From positions 1 to 49,026 of the forward strand of contig CAZUHU010000006.1 in the NCBI GenBank assembly GCA_964620645.1: DNA of 49,026 nucleotides, given 5' to 3'. The DNA comes from an uncultured Chitinophaga sp. Its GTDB lineage: Bacteria; Bacteroidota; Bacteroidia; Chitinophagales; LD1. Within the stretch, counting starts at the first letter, position 1, and every line of letters starts with the position of its first letter. The notes under the pieces are model-generated. The model worked only from the letters and a program-made list of their open reading frames with translations. It did no database searches and was not told the origin of the DNA. Of the stretch, positions 19,251-26,806 are shown piece after piece. The position numbers and the translations under genes are program-made.

Positions 19251-20855
19251 TTACGGCCGTATAACTACTTGCTGCGTTGCCCGCTCATAGTCCGTTTCAA
19301 CAGTCAAAATATAAGTAGCCCCCGCCTTTATCGTTACTTTAGGCTGTATAGTATGTTCGCCTGCACTTAAATTATAATGAACTTTCTCCTCCACTTTCTT
19401 ACCTCCTACATTAAACAACGTTAGCCACATAACCGTTGCTTTTTTTAGATAGAACCTTACTGCAAAGTCACCATTGTTTGGGTTCGGCAATACCTGTAGT
19501 CTTAATGTTCCTTTACTCTGTTCATTAAGGTCATGAACCGCGGTTACATCGTTTTTTACAATATACACCTTAAGCACCTCATTGCTGGCAGCGCTTTGCG
19601 TACCATTATTTATAAAAAAAATATTAGGAGCAGTGCTACTGATTCCGCCATAAATATACCCCACCATTGCGGTATCGCCCGCTATGTCATCCAACTTCAA
19701 AACTCCATTATCGTAGTGCGGTACACTATCCAGGGCTATAAACTCGGCACTGGCACCAAGTAGGCCGGGCATCTCCACCGGTAATTTATATTCCGCCATT
19801 ATACTGTCCGCCCCGCGTGTAACGCGGGCAATTGTTTTCACAAAAGGAACGTTATCATCCTGCACCAGCACATTAGCACTATCATAATACTGGGCAATAC
19901 CACCAAAGAAAACTGTATGCATTTCGTTATTTGCCGCACTGTAAACCGGCAGAACCGCACAATGGTAGTGATTGTAATATTGTTGAAAGGAGTTGTTAAC
20001 GTTATAACCAACGCTATCAATATTTACACAGTTTAAATAGGGCAAATCCACCGTTGGCTGAAAAACACCTGAAAAGGCTGTAATGCCTTCCAATCCATCA
20101 GGCAGAATCTGAGAAACTGCGTTATAGTCGCGCCGGTGTAAATTAACTGGGTCAGTTATAGCAGGTAAAAAGTTAACGGTTATGGTGGTACCATCATCGC
20201 TAAGGTTAAACTTTCTAATAGCGTTAGTATATACCTGCGTGTAAGTTGGATTACCCATCGGATTATAGTTGCCGTCAAACCTGTTACCGCCAATCAAATA
20301 AAAAGTGCCGTTTATCTTTTTCAGATGACCGCCCGTTACCGCAAAATTGGTGTCAGATATCTGCCTAAAGTAAGTGGAGAAGGAATTACCGGCAACTACT
20401 GCATCTATCACCGAAGGCACATCAACCGCTGTCAAATTGGGGAAGGTTTTGCGTGAGGAAGTAGCATTATTATAACCATACCCTCCTATAATGTATAGGT
20501 AATCACCTTGTTGATGAAACTCCATATTTGTAGAGCTAAGTTGTTCTTGTAAACTTACCGACAGCGATGTTAAGGGGGCTACCCACTTTTGTTGCGATAC
20601 AGGATCGAACACCATTAATTGATTGTTATTACCAGCAACATCAAAGGAGGCAAACGGTTGCCTGCGGTGGAGCCCATCAAGCCGCCCTCCTAAAACCAAC
20701 CATTTTCCATTGTGCTGTCCGTAGGCATAGGCTTGCAATCCGCCAAGGCCGGCAACGTTCATAGGTTCCAGGTAAATGTTGAACGGCGCATTTTGCGCAA
20801 AAAGAAAAATGCTCAACAAATTGAAAAACAACAGGGTGGATACTTTGTGCTTCAT
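19251..20855 (-). CDS. Secreted Kelch-type beta-propeller protein with a T9SS type A C-terminal domain
   Basis: Has a signal peptide and recurrent Kelch-like blades with GG pairs (WLVLGGRLDG, YLYIIGGYGYNN, FYLIGGNRFDG, TVFFGGIAQYY, GYIYGGIS). The C-terminus is LQVLPNPNNGDFAVRFYL...TYILTVETDYE...VVIRP. Confidence 0.7.
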   Translation of the reverse strand: MKHKVSTLLFFNLLSIFLFAQNAPFNIYLEPMNVAGLGGLQAYAYGQHNGKWLVLGGRLDGLHRRQPFASFDVAGNNNQLMVFDPVSQQKWVAPLTSLSVSLQEQLSSTNMEFHQQGDYLYIIGGYGYNNATSSRKTFPNLTAVDVPSVIDAVVAGNSFSTYFRQISDTNFAVTGGHLKKINGTFYLIGGNRFDGNYNPMGNPTYTQVYTNAIRKFNLSDDGTTITVNFLPAITDPVNLHRRDYNAVSQILPDGLEGITAFSGVFQPTVDLPYLNCVNIDSVGYNVNNSFQQYYNHYHCAVLPVYSAANNEMHTVFFGGIAQYYDSANVLVQDDNVPFVKTIARVTRGADSIMAEYKLPVEMPGLLGASAEFIALDSVPHYDNGVLKLDDIAGDTAMVGYIYGGISSTAPNIFFINNGTQSAASNEVLKVYIVKNDVTAVHDLNEQSKGTLRLQVLPNPNNGDFAVRFYLKKATVMWLTLFNVGGKKVEEKVHYNLSAGEHTIQPKVTIKAGATYILTVETDYERATQQVVIRP

Positions 20856-21012
20856 TACGCTCTATTTAAGCACAACAAGATTACGCTTAAAGGCATAGTG
20901 CGTCAGTAACAAATGTTACACAGGTGTAACTGCAAGAAGAATACTATGCCAACGGCAGGAAAGGCCTCTGCAATTTTGATAAAAGAAATTATTTTCGCCC
21001 TCCGTTCTTTAT

Positions 21013-21084
21013 GGTCCCGTAGTTCAATGGATAGAATAGAAGTTTCCTAAACTTTTGATGCAGGTTCGATTCCTGCCGGGGCTA
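21013..21084 (+). tRNA. tRNA-Arg (anticodon CCT)
   Basis: Folded by hand. The acceptor GGTCCCG pairs with CGGGGCT (two G-U pairs), and the D arm is GTTC-AATGGATA-GAAT. The anticodon arm is GAAGT-TTCCTAA-ACTTT, giving anticodon CCT. The variable loop has 4 nt, the T arm is GCAGG-TTCGATT-CCTGC, and the discriminator is A. CCA is not encoded. Confidence 0.85.
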
Positions 21085-21172
21085 CTAAGTTTTCGCAAAT
21101 ATCAGTGTCATCACTGACATTTAACGGCATTCCGTCTGTGAAGACATAGACGGAGGTAAAGGCAAACAACCA

Positions 21173-21634
21173 TTAAAAAGACTGCGTATCAAAATGGTAC
21201 TTTCTTAAAACTATCACATTAGCTTTCTCAAATTCATCATTTTCAAAATCGCGCTCTAGTCCCTTTTCAATCAGCAATTTCTGCAGGCTTTCGTTAAAAT
21301 TCAGAATTTCGTTACGCTCCCTCTCCGTCCTTTCCGGGTCTTCAGGGTATACTACTCCAATATCCTTAAAAGCGTCTAAAACCGTGATTTTGCCGGTATG
21401 GTCTATTCGTTTGTACCAATTGGAATAATCGTCATTGCCAACCAATTCCAACTGATAGTTATTATTCTCATCCTTCGTAAAACGGAATCGGACTTTATAG
21501 CCGTCACGCGTTCCGTTCGGATAGATTTCGATATCGTATATTTTGTTGACATCAACTACCTTGGGCATCGAAATGTTTCCATAGTTAGCCTGCTTAAACG
21601 CTGTTCTGAATATGTTTAATTGTTCGTTGTCCAT
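21173..21634 (-). CDS. Hypothetical cytoplasmic protein (153 aa), no family recognised
   Basis: Clean ORF with no signal peptide or TM helix and an acidic C-terminal half. It is divergent from the gene at 21697, with a 62-bp spacer. Confidence 0.55.
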   Translation of the reverse strand: MDNEQLNIFRTAFKQANYGNISMPKVVDVNKIYDIEIYPNGTRDGYKVRFRFTKDENNNYQLELVGNDDYSNWYKRIDHTGKITVLDAFKDIGVVYPEDPERTERERNEILNFNESLQKLLIEKGLERDFENDEFEKANVIVLRKYHFDTQSF

Positions 21635-21696
21635 TTTGAGCTATACAGTCTATAGGTAAATATAACTCAATTACATCTTATACTTGCCCAAGCAAT

Positions 21697-22395
21697 ATGC
21701 CCGAACAACCCAACAATAACTTTCAATACCCTATCGTCACCAACTTTCATGACATGGTTAATACCTCATTTGCCGGAGAGGTTAACGCAGTTTGCTGGCA
21801 ACGTAAGTTAGGTGGTGATTTTGCAGAGATAGTAAAGAAGATAGCGTTAAAGGATAACATAACGGTAATTGAGCAGGAAGAACTACGCGCGCTTGATTTA
21901 ACCGAACAGGGAGCAATGGCGCGTGAAATAATTTTAAACGATTGGGAATTATTGCAGGCGCATGGCGCATCGCCGGTGCTTAATTTAATAAAGCACTATG
22001 AAAGGGATAAGGCCTCCTCCTTCTTCCCTACCGATGTTTATTCTTTTCATGCAGATAGCTCGCCCATTGCCACCGATACTTTTTTATGTACCTACTATGG
22101 CGCGCCCAGTGAAATAATTCCAAACTCCCAATGCGAAAAGAAAGTGCTTGTTCCCGAAATACGCGCCGAGCTAAGAAAACTATACGATGGAGATGAAGAA
22201 GGCTTTGAGGACTTTCTGAAGGAGCACTTCTTTGATTTACACTATCAGGCTAAACCCAATGCTCAAATAATAAACTTAGGCACTGGTAAGCTGTGGCGTT
22301 TAGCGGTTGATAATCCTGAAAGCATGGTACCACCCTGCGTTCACCGGGCCCCGATAGAAAGAGATGGACAGACCAGGTTGTTAATGATTTGCTGA
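21697..22395 (+). CDS. Hypothetical protein, possibly DUF1826-like
   Basis: 232-aa ORF. VNAVCWQRKLGGDF near the N-terminus and PPCVHRAPIERDGQTRLLMIC at the C-terminus resemble my memory of DUF1826 proteins. The family assignment is unverified. Confidence 0.5.
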   Translation: MPEQPNNNFQYPIVTNFHDMVNTSFAGEVNAVCWQRKLGGDFAEIVKKIALKDNITVIEQEELRALDLTEQGAMAREIILNDWELLQAHGASPVLNLIKHYERDKASSFFPTDVYSFHADSSPIATDTFLCTYYGAPSEIIPNSQCEKKVLVPEIRAELRKLYDGDEEGFEDFLKEHFFDLHYQAKPNAQIINLGTGKLWRLAVDNPESMVPPCVHRAPIERDGQTRLLMIC

Positions 22396-22433
22396 CTAAC
22401 TGCCACAATTTTTTTTCCTATACATTCGCGCGC

Positions 22434-22853
22434 ATGAAAAAATCGGAATTGAACTTAAAAGTTAAGAGATCGGCAACAGGATTGGGCTTGTTTGCCATGG
22501 AATCAATAGCCAAAGGCACAAAAATCATAGAATATACCGGCGAAAAAATCGGCCTTGACGAGGCTAACCGCCGCGGGGGCATGTATTTGTTTGAGATTAA
22601 CCCCAAAACATTTATTGATGGCAAGAGCAGAAAAAATACAGCCCGCTACATTAACCATGCCTGCGGCTCAGCAGCAAACTGCGATATAGATATTAAAGCC
22701 GGCAGAATTTGGATAAACGCGAGAAAGAACATTAAGCCCGGCGATGAGCTATGCTATGACTACGGTAAAGAAATGTTTGATGCCTATATTAAACCATATG
22801 GTTGCCGTTGTGCAAAGTGTAGCTCAGCGCAAAAGGGCCGCCGTAACTTGTAG
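22434..22853 (+). CDS. SET-domain protein (putative protein-lysine N-methyltransferase)
   Basis: Carries YINHAC (NHxC), GDELCYDYG (ELxYDY) and the post-SET-like Cys cluster CRCAKCS. The ATG at 22434 (MKKSELNLKVKRS) is preferred over the track start at 22389, which overlaps the upstream gene. Confidence 0.85.
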   Translation: MKKSELNLKVKRSATGLGLFAMESIAKGTKIIEYTGEKIGLDEANRRGGMYLFEINPKTFIDGKSRKNTARYINHACGSAANCDIDIKAGRIWINARKNIKPGDELCYDYGKEMFDAYIKPYGCRCAKCSSAQKGRRNL

Positions 22854-22873
22854 AGCATGAACAACCCTATTGC

Positions 22874-23239
22874 TCAGGATTGCCGCAATATCTTCTCCAT
22901 CTTTTTGCCTTTGGCTAATTCATCCACCAACTTATCAAGGTAGCGTACCTTTTGGGTTAAAGGGTCATCAATCTCTTCTACACGGTAGCCGCATATAACA
23001 CCGGTTATTAAATGAGCGTTTGCGTTAAGCTTTGCCTGTTTAAAAAATTCTTCAAATGTTACTTTTTCGCTAATCAGCTTATCAATTTTCTTTTCATTAA
23101 ATCCACTCAACCAGCTTATTACTTCGTCAAGCTCCACTTTTGTTCTGCCCTTCTTCTCCACCTTTTGCAGATACAAAGGATAAACAGATGAGAACAACAT
23201 TTTAGCAATGCGTTGGTTTTGTTCTTCGGAATTTTTCAT
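22874..23239 (-). CDS. DUF2200-family protein
   Basis: SSVYPLYLQKVEKKGRTKVELDEVISWLSG...ITGVICGYRVEEIDDPLTQKVRYLDKLVDELAKGKKMEKIL closely matches the DUF2200 pattern as I recall it. Confidence 0.75.
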   Translation of the reverse strand: MKNSEEQNQRIAKMLFSSVYPLYLQKVEKKGRTKVELDEVISWLSGFNEKKIDKLISEKVTFEEFFKQAKLNANAHLITGVICGYRVEEIDDPLTQKVRYLDKLVDELAKGKKMEKILRQS

Positions 23240-23247
23240 AGCAACAC

Positions 23248-23673
23248 CTACAATTTTTGCTCAAGCCCAAACTTAATAGCCTCTTTCAAAACATCTATAT
23301 TTATGTCAGCCAGCTTTTTAAACTTAATACAATAACCGCTCACACTAGCCTTGCCAATCTTCTTTCCGTAGGTTTTAGCTAAGTAGGCCTTATCCTCCAG
23401 GCCGAGAATATAAACAGAGATGCCGGTAGTATTGGCACTCATGCCAATACGGTAAAACTCTCTGCTGGTGCCGTTAGCGTAGTTTATTGTATAAGCTCCG
23501 TAACCTACATTAGGATTTGAAACTATTTTACCCTTGGCATCCTTACCATCCAGAAACCATAGTTTACTCTTCGGTTTCATTTTAAGTATAAGCTTATGCA
23601 ACTCCTGCATGTCGATGCGTTTAGCTTCGTCCTGTTCGGTAATATAGTTTTGAATTTCCTGCTTTACATCCAT
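23248..23673 (-). CDS. DUF1801 (YdhG-like) domain protein
   Basis: MDVKQEIQNYITEQDEAKRIDMQELHKLI... with ...SGYCIKFKKLADINIDVLKEAIKFG fits YdhG-like proteins. The ATG at 23673 is preferred over 23745. It lies 8 bp upstream of the DUF2200 gene on the same strand. Confidence 0.65.
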   Translation of the reverse strand: MDVKQEIQNYITEQDEAKRIDMQELHKLILKMKPKSKLWFLDGKDAKGKIVSNPNVGYGAYTINYANGTSREFYRIGMSANTTGISVYILGLEDKAYLAKTYGKKIGKASVSGYCIKFKKLADINIDVLKEAIKFGLEQKL

Positions 23674-23750
23674 ATGAAGTCCGTCCTTTCTATTGTTTAA
23701 AATATGCAACATTTCGTTACCTGCATAAATGCTCAAACCACGCATTACAA

Positions 23751-24347
23751 CTATTGTTCTCCAACATTTCCCGTTTTTACCCCTCCGGTCTTCTTATACT
23801 GCGTAGCAATAACACCGTTGGGGGCAACCACGCTTTTATTTAAAGCAAACGCCCTTGCTATGGAGTCCTCATCAAACAACCTTTTACCCTTACCTAAAAC
23901 TATAGGGTATATCTTAAGCCAAAGCTCATCCACCAAATCATACTTAAGCAGCACATGAACCAATTCACTACTACCCCACACTTTCAGGTCGGACCCTTCG
24001 GTGCTTTTAAGTTTCCTGATCCCCTCAATATCACTTAGGAAAACTGAATTTTTCCAGGCGGATTCACTTCTCGTTGTAGATAATACATACTTGGTCACTT
24101 CCATAATGCCGGGCCACTGCTCAGCATGCTGCGGCCAGTAGTTCTCCCAAATATCAAATGTTTTTCTACCTAAAAGCAAGTCGGAAGGTTTCAACTCCTC
24201 CTCCAGCACTTTATTAAATACCTCATCAGTGTAAGGGGCAACCCATCCGCCATATTCAAAATCGCCCTCAGTATCTTCATCCCGTCCTCCCGGGCCTTGT
24301 ATAACGCCATCCAGTGTAATAAATGATAGCACAATTATCTGTCTCAT
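23751..24347 (-). CDS. Dihydrofolate-reductase-like (RibD C-terminal domain) family protein
   Basis: MRQIIVLSFITLDGVIQGPGG...LLLGRKTFDIW...KVWGSSELV...DELWLKIYPIVLGKGKRLF is the characteristic pattern. The ATG at 24347 is preferred over 24365. Confidence 0.8.
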   Translation of the reverse strand: MRQIIVLSFITLDGVIQGPGGRDEDTEGDFEYGGWVAPYTDEVFNKVLEEELKPSDLLLGRKTFDIWENYWPQHAEQWPGIMEVTKYVLSTTRSESAWKNSVFLSDIEGIRKLKSTEGSDLKVWGSSELVHVLLKYDLVDELWLKIYPIVLGKGKRLFDEDSIARAFALNKSVVAPNGVIATQYKKTGGVKTGNVGEQ

Positions 24348-24581
24348 GTTGTTGTAATTTAGCAATCGTTTTACCGCAAAGCGGCTAAGTCATTTTCACT
24401 TCAAAGTTCGGCAAAAAACAAAGCACCGTTAAGGTGTAATTGCGACAATAACAGGGGGCGGTTGCGTGAGGGGTGCGGCAGGCCGAAAACAAAATTATAA
24501 GTCACCCTTGCTGCGGTTATCGGAATTACAGTTAAAACCATAAATCCTTCTATTTTCGCAACGGACTCACATCACGTTAAC

Positions 24582-25157
24582 ATGGCGGCTAATACTTTAT
24601 TGGTTAAAAACATGGTTTGCCAGCGTTGCATACTATCGGTAGAAGGTGTGCTGAAAAAGCTGAATATCCCATACAGCAAAGTATTGTTTGGCGAAATTTA
24701 CCTAACGGATAAAATCAGCGCACAGCAGAAACAAAATCTATTGACCGAACTTAACCGCATTGGGCTTGAAATAATTGACAACCACACCACGGTGTTGATT
24801 GAAAAGATTAAGCAGTTGGTGATAAAAATGGCGCGCAATGAAGAATCGGAGAAGGAAAAGAAAATTAACCTCTCAAAGTATTTATCCAACCAGTTAAACT
24901 ACGAATACACACACTTAAGCAGTTTATTCTCCTCAGTAGAAGGCCGCACCATCGAACAATACTTTATTGAACAGCGCATTGAAAAAGCAAAAGAGTTGAT
25001 TGTATACCGCCAGTTAACCTTATCAGAAATTGCCTATCAACTAAACTTCAGTAGCGTAGCGCACCTTTCCAGCCAATTCAAAAAAGTAACCGGCCTTACT
25101 CCTTCATATTATAAGGAGATAGGTACAGCCAAGCGCAAAGCTTTAGATAAAGTTTAA
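24582..25157 (+). CDS. AraC-family transcriptional regulator with an N-terminal HMA-like (CxxC metal-binding) domain
   Basis: The N-terminus LVKNMVCQRCILSVEGVLKKL has the ferredoxin-like HMA pattern with CxxC. The C-terminus is an AraC-type HTH (LTLSEIAYQLNFSSVAHLSSQFKKVTGLTPSYY). Confidence 0.85.
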   Translation: MAANTLLVKNMVCQRCILSVEGVLKKLNIPYSKVLFGEIYLTDKISAQQKQNLLTELNRIGLEIIDNHTTVLIEKIKQLVIKMARNEESEKEKKINLSKYLSNQLNYEYTHLSSLFSSVEGRTIEQYFIEQRIEKAKELIVYRQLTLSEIAYQLNFSSVAHLSSQFKKVTGLTPSYYKEIGTAKRKALDKV

Positions 25158-25216
25158 ACCCAAAATTCTATAACATCTTCCTGTATTAGTATAAACCCCG
25201 GGGGTAGTAGCAGCGC

Positions 25217-25224
25217 TATGTTTG
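25217..25224 (+). promoter_or_regulatory. Candidate -7 promoter box (TATGTTTG = TAnnTTTG) for the Cys-rich ORF
   Basis: Exact TAnnTTTG match 30 nt upstream of the ATG at 25254. It overlaps the alternative ATG at 25218, which argues for the shorter 48-codon form. Confidence 0.4.
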
Positions 25225-25253
25225 CATCATTAATTAACCAAACAATCAAAACA

Positions 25254-25400
25254 ATGGAAACTACAGTAAATCCAAAGAAAGCCACCTGTGCAAACCCTGC
25301 TTGTAAATGCGAAAAATGTGCCTGCGGCCCTACAAGTTGCGCAGCAAAAACAAGCAACTGCCAGTGCGCGCCTTGTAACTGCACTAACTGCCAGTGCTAA
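25254..25400 (+). CDS. 48-aa cysteine-rich peptide, metallothionein-like
   Basis: The peptide is METTVNPKKATCANPACKCEKCACGPTSCAAKTSNCQCAPCNCTNCQC. It has 12 Cys in 48 aa and five CxC motifs, with no His or aromatic residues. It has its own -7 box and a strong terminator immediately downstream, and it sits next to an HMA-AraC regulator. Confidence 0.55.
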   Translation: METTVNPKKATCANPACKCEKCACGPTSCAAKTSNCQCAPCNCTNCQC

Positions 25401-25408
25401 TTTGAAAA

Positions 25409-25440
25409 GAAGCCGCCCTCAAGGGGCGGCTTCAATTTTT
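25409..25440 (+). terminator. Rho-independent terminator after the Cys-rich ORF
   Basis: GAAGCCGCCC-TCAAG-GGGCGGCTTC (10-bp GC-rich stem) followed by AATTTTT, starting 9 nt after the stop. Confidence 0.8.
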
Positions 25441-25515
25441 CACAGAGTTATAACATAGCCCGCGGGAAACGGGCGTTATTAAAATACACGGCCGGTAATT
25501 ACATTTGAAACAAGC

Positions 25516-26112
25516 ATGAACCAGCCGATCGCTCCACACTTGCAAAAACTCAATGCACTATTATCTGCCACCGAAGGACTACACGAGGAGGACAGGGAAG
25601 CATTCCTTAGCCTTTGGGAACCGTTTGAGGCAAAGCGCAAAGAGATATTAACACGTGCCGGCGAAACAGAGAAGTTCTTGTACTTCGTAAACGAAGGCGT
25701 GCAACGCATTTACTATTTTGATGAACAGGAACGCGAAGCCACCATTATTTTTACTTATGAGCCGTCCTTCGGTGGCGTTTTAGATTCGCTGATGCTGCAG
25801 CAACCATCGCGTTACTTTTATGAAACGCTTACCCCTTCATCATTTATTAAAACAAGCCAGCAAGCCCTATTTAATATAATGCGCAACCGCCCTGCCATTG
25901 AGGTAATGATAAGGCAAGGCATTACCACCGCCATGGCAGGCACGCTTGAGCGTATGGTGGAGTTACAGAGTTTTTCATCTGAAGAAAAGTTCAGGAAGTT
26001 TATGCAGCGTAGTCCTCACATGCTGCAATTGGTGCCTCATAAATATCTGGCCAACTATCTGGGCATTGATGCTACAAACTTCAGCAAATTGATAAACCGG
26101 GTTAAAATCTGA
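25516..26112 (+). CDS. Crp/Fnr-family transcriptional regulator
   Basis: 198 aa with an N-terminal cyclic-nucleotide-binding-like beta-roll (LTRAGETEKFLYFVNEGVQRIYY). The C-terminal HTH reads HKYLANYLGIDATNFSKLINR. Confidence 0.8.
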   Translation: MNQPIAPHLQKLNALLSATEGLHEEDREAFLSLWEPFEAKRKEILTRAGETEKFLYFVNEGVQRIYYFDEQEREATIIFTYEPSFGGVLDSLMLQQPSRYFYETLTPSSFIKTSQQALFNIMRNRPAIEVMIRQGITTAMAGTLERMVELQSFSSEEKFRKFMQRSPHMLQLVPHKYLANYLGIDATNFSKLINRVKI

Positions 26113-26180
26113 AAATCTTGGTTTTTGCCAAGAATCGGTAAATGTGCAGTTACCACATTTGCACTGTAAATATCAAACAC

Positions 26181-26735
26181 ATGAGCAAGCGCGAAAAAAG
26201 TAACTACCAACTTGTAGAAGAGTTGGAGAAACGGGTAGAAAGTCACTTACAACTGGCCATAGGCACATTTCAAAACCTGCACGAAAACACATTGGTGAAA
26301 CCTTCCTCAAACGGGGGATGGAGTATTGCCCAATGCCTATGGCACTTAAATTCATATGGCCACCACTATTTACCTCATCTCGCACAAAGCTTGCATAGCG
26401 CTGCAGATTGCCCACCAAACCATCTCTTTAAATCAGGTTGGTTAGGCAACTACTTTACTAAGTTGATGGAACCCGGTGCCAATATGAAAAAAATGGGAGC
26501 CGACAAGGCACACACGCCACCCCGTATTACTGCGCCATACCCAGTAGTAGCAGAGTTTATACAACAACAGGAAACCCTCCTGGCTTTGCTTAAAGAAGCT
26601 AAACATAAGGACCTCAATCAACGAACGGTGTCCATCTCTATCCTCCGCTGGCTGAAACTGAAACCCGGAGATGTGTTAAGCTTTCTGGTAGCTCATAATG
26701 AAAGACACTTGCAGCAAGCCCAAAGAAATCTGTAA
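26181..26735 (+). CDS. DinB-superfamily protein
   Basis: Four-helix pattern with conserved His residues (CLWHLNSYGHHYLPHL and VAHNERHLQQ). The ATG at 26181 (MSKREKSNYQLVEELEKRVESHL) is preferred over 26142. Confidence 0.7.
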   Translation: MSKREKSNYQLVEELEKRVESHLQLAIGTFQNLHENTLVKPSSNGGWSIAQCLWHLNSYGHHYLPHLAQSLHSAADCPPNHLFKSGWLGNYFTKLMEPGANMKKMGADKAHTPPRITAPYPVVAEFIQQQETLLALLKEAKHKDLNQRTVSISILRWLKLKPGDVLSFLVAHNERHLQQAQRNL

Positions 26736-26806
26736 ATAGTTTACAGGCACGGTTCACGCATCCATTACCCACATTCATATTTTCAAACACATTAAACTAA
26801 TTAATT

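Noticed and set aside
24440-24490. G-rich stretch (CAGGGGGCGGTTGCGTGAGGGGTGCGGCAGG) as a possible G-quadruplex or riboswitch element upstream of the AraC gene
   Set aside because: It has only two runs of three or more G, so it is not a canonical four-run G4. No convincing secondary structure or known riboswitch core is evident.
25154-25384. 76-aa reverse-strand ORF overlapping the Cys-rich ORF, and the longer 60-aa form starting at 25218
   Set aside because: The antisense ORF has no promoter or terminator logic and a shadow-frame composition. The ATG at 25218 lies inside the candidate -7 box, so the 48-codon form from 25254 is more plausible.
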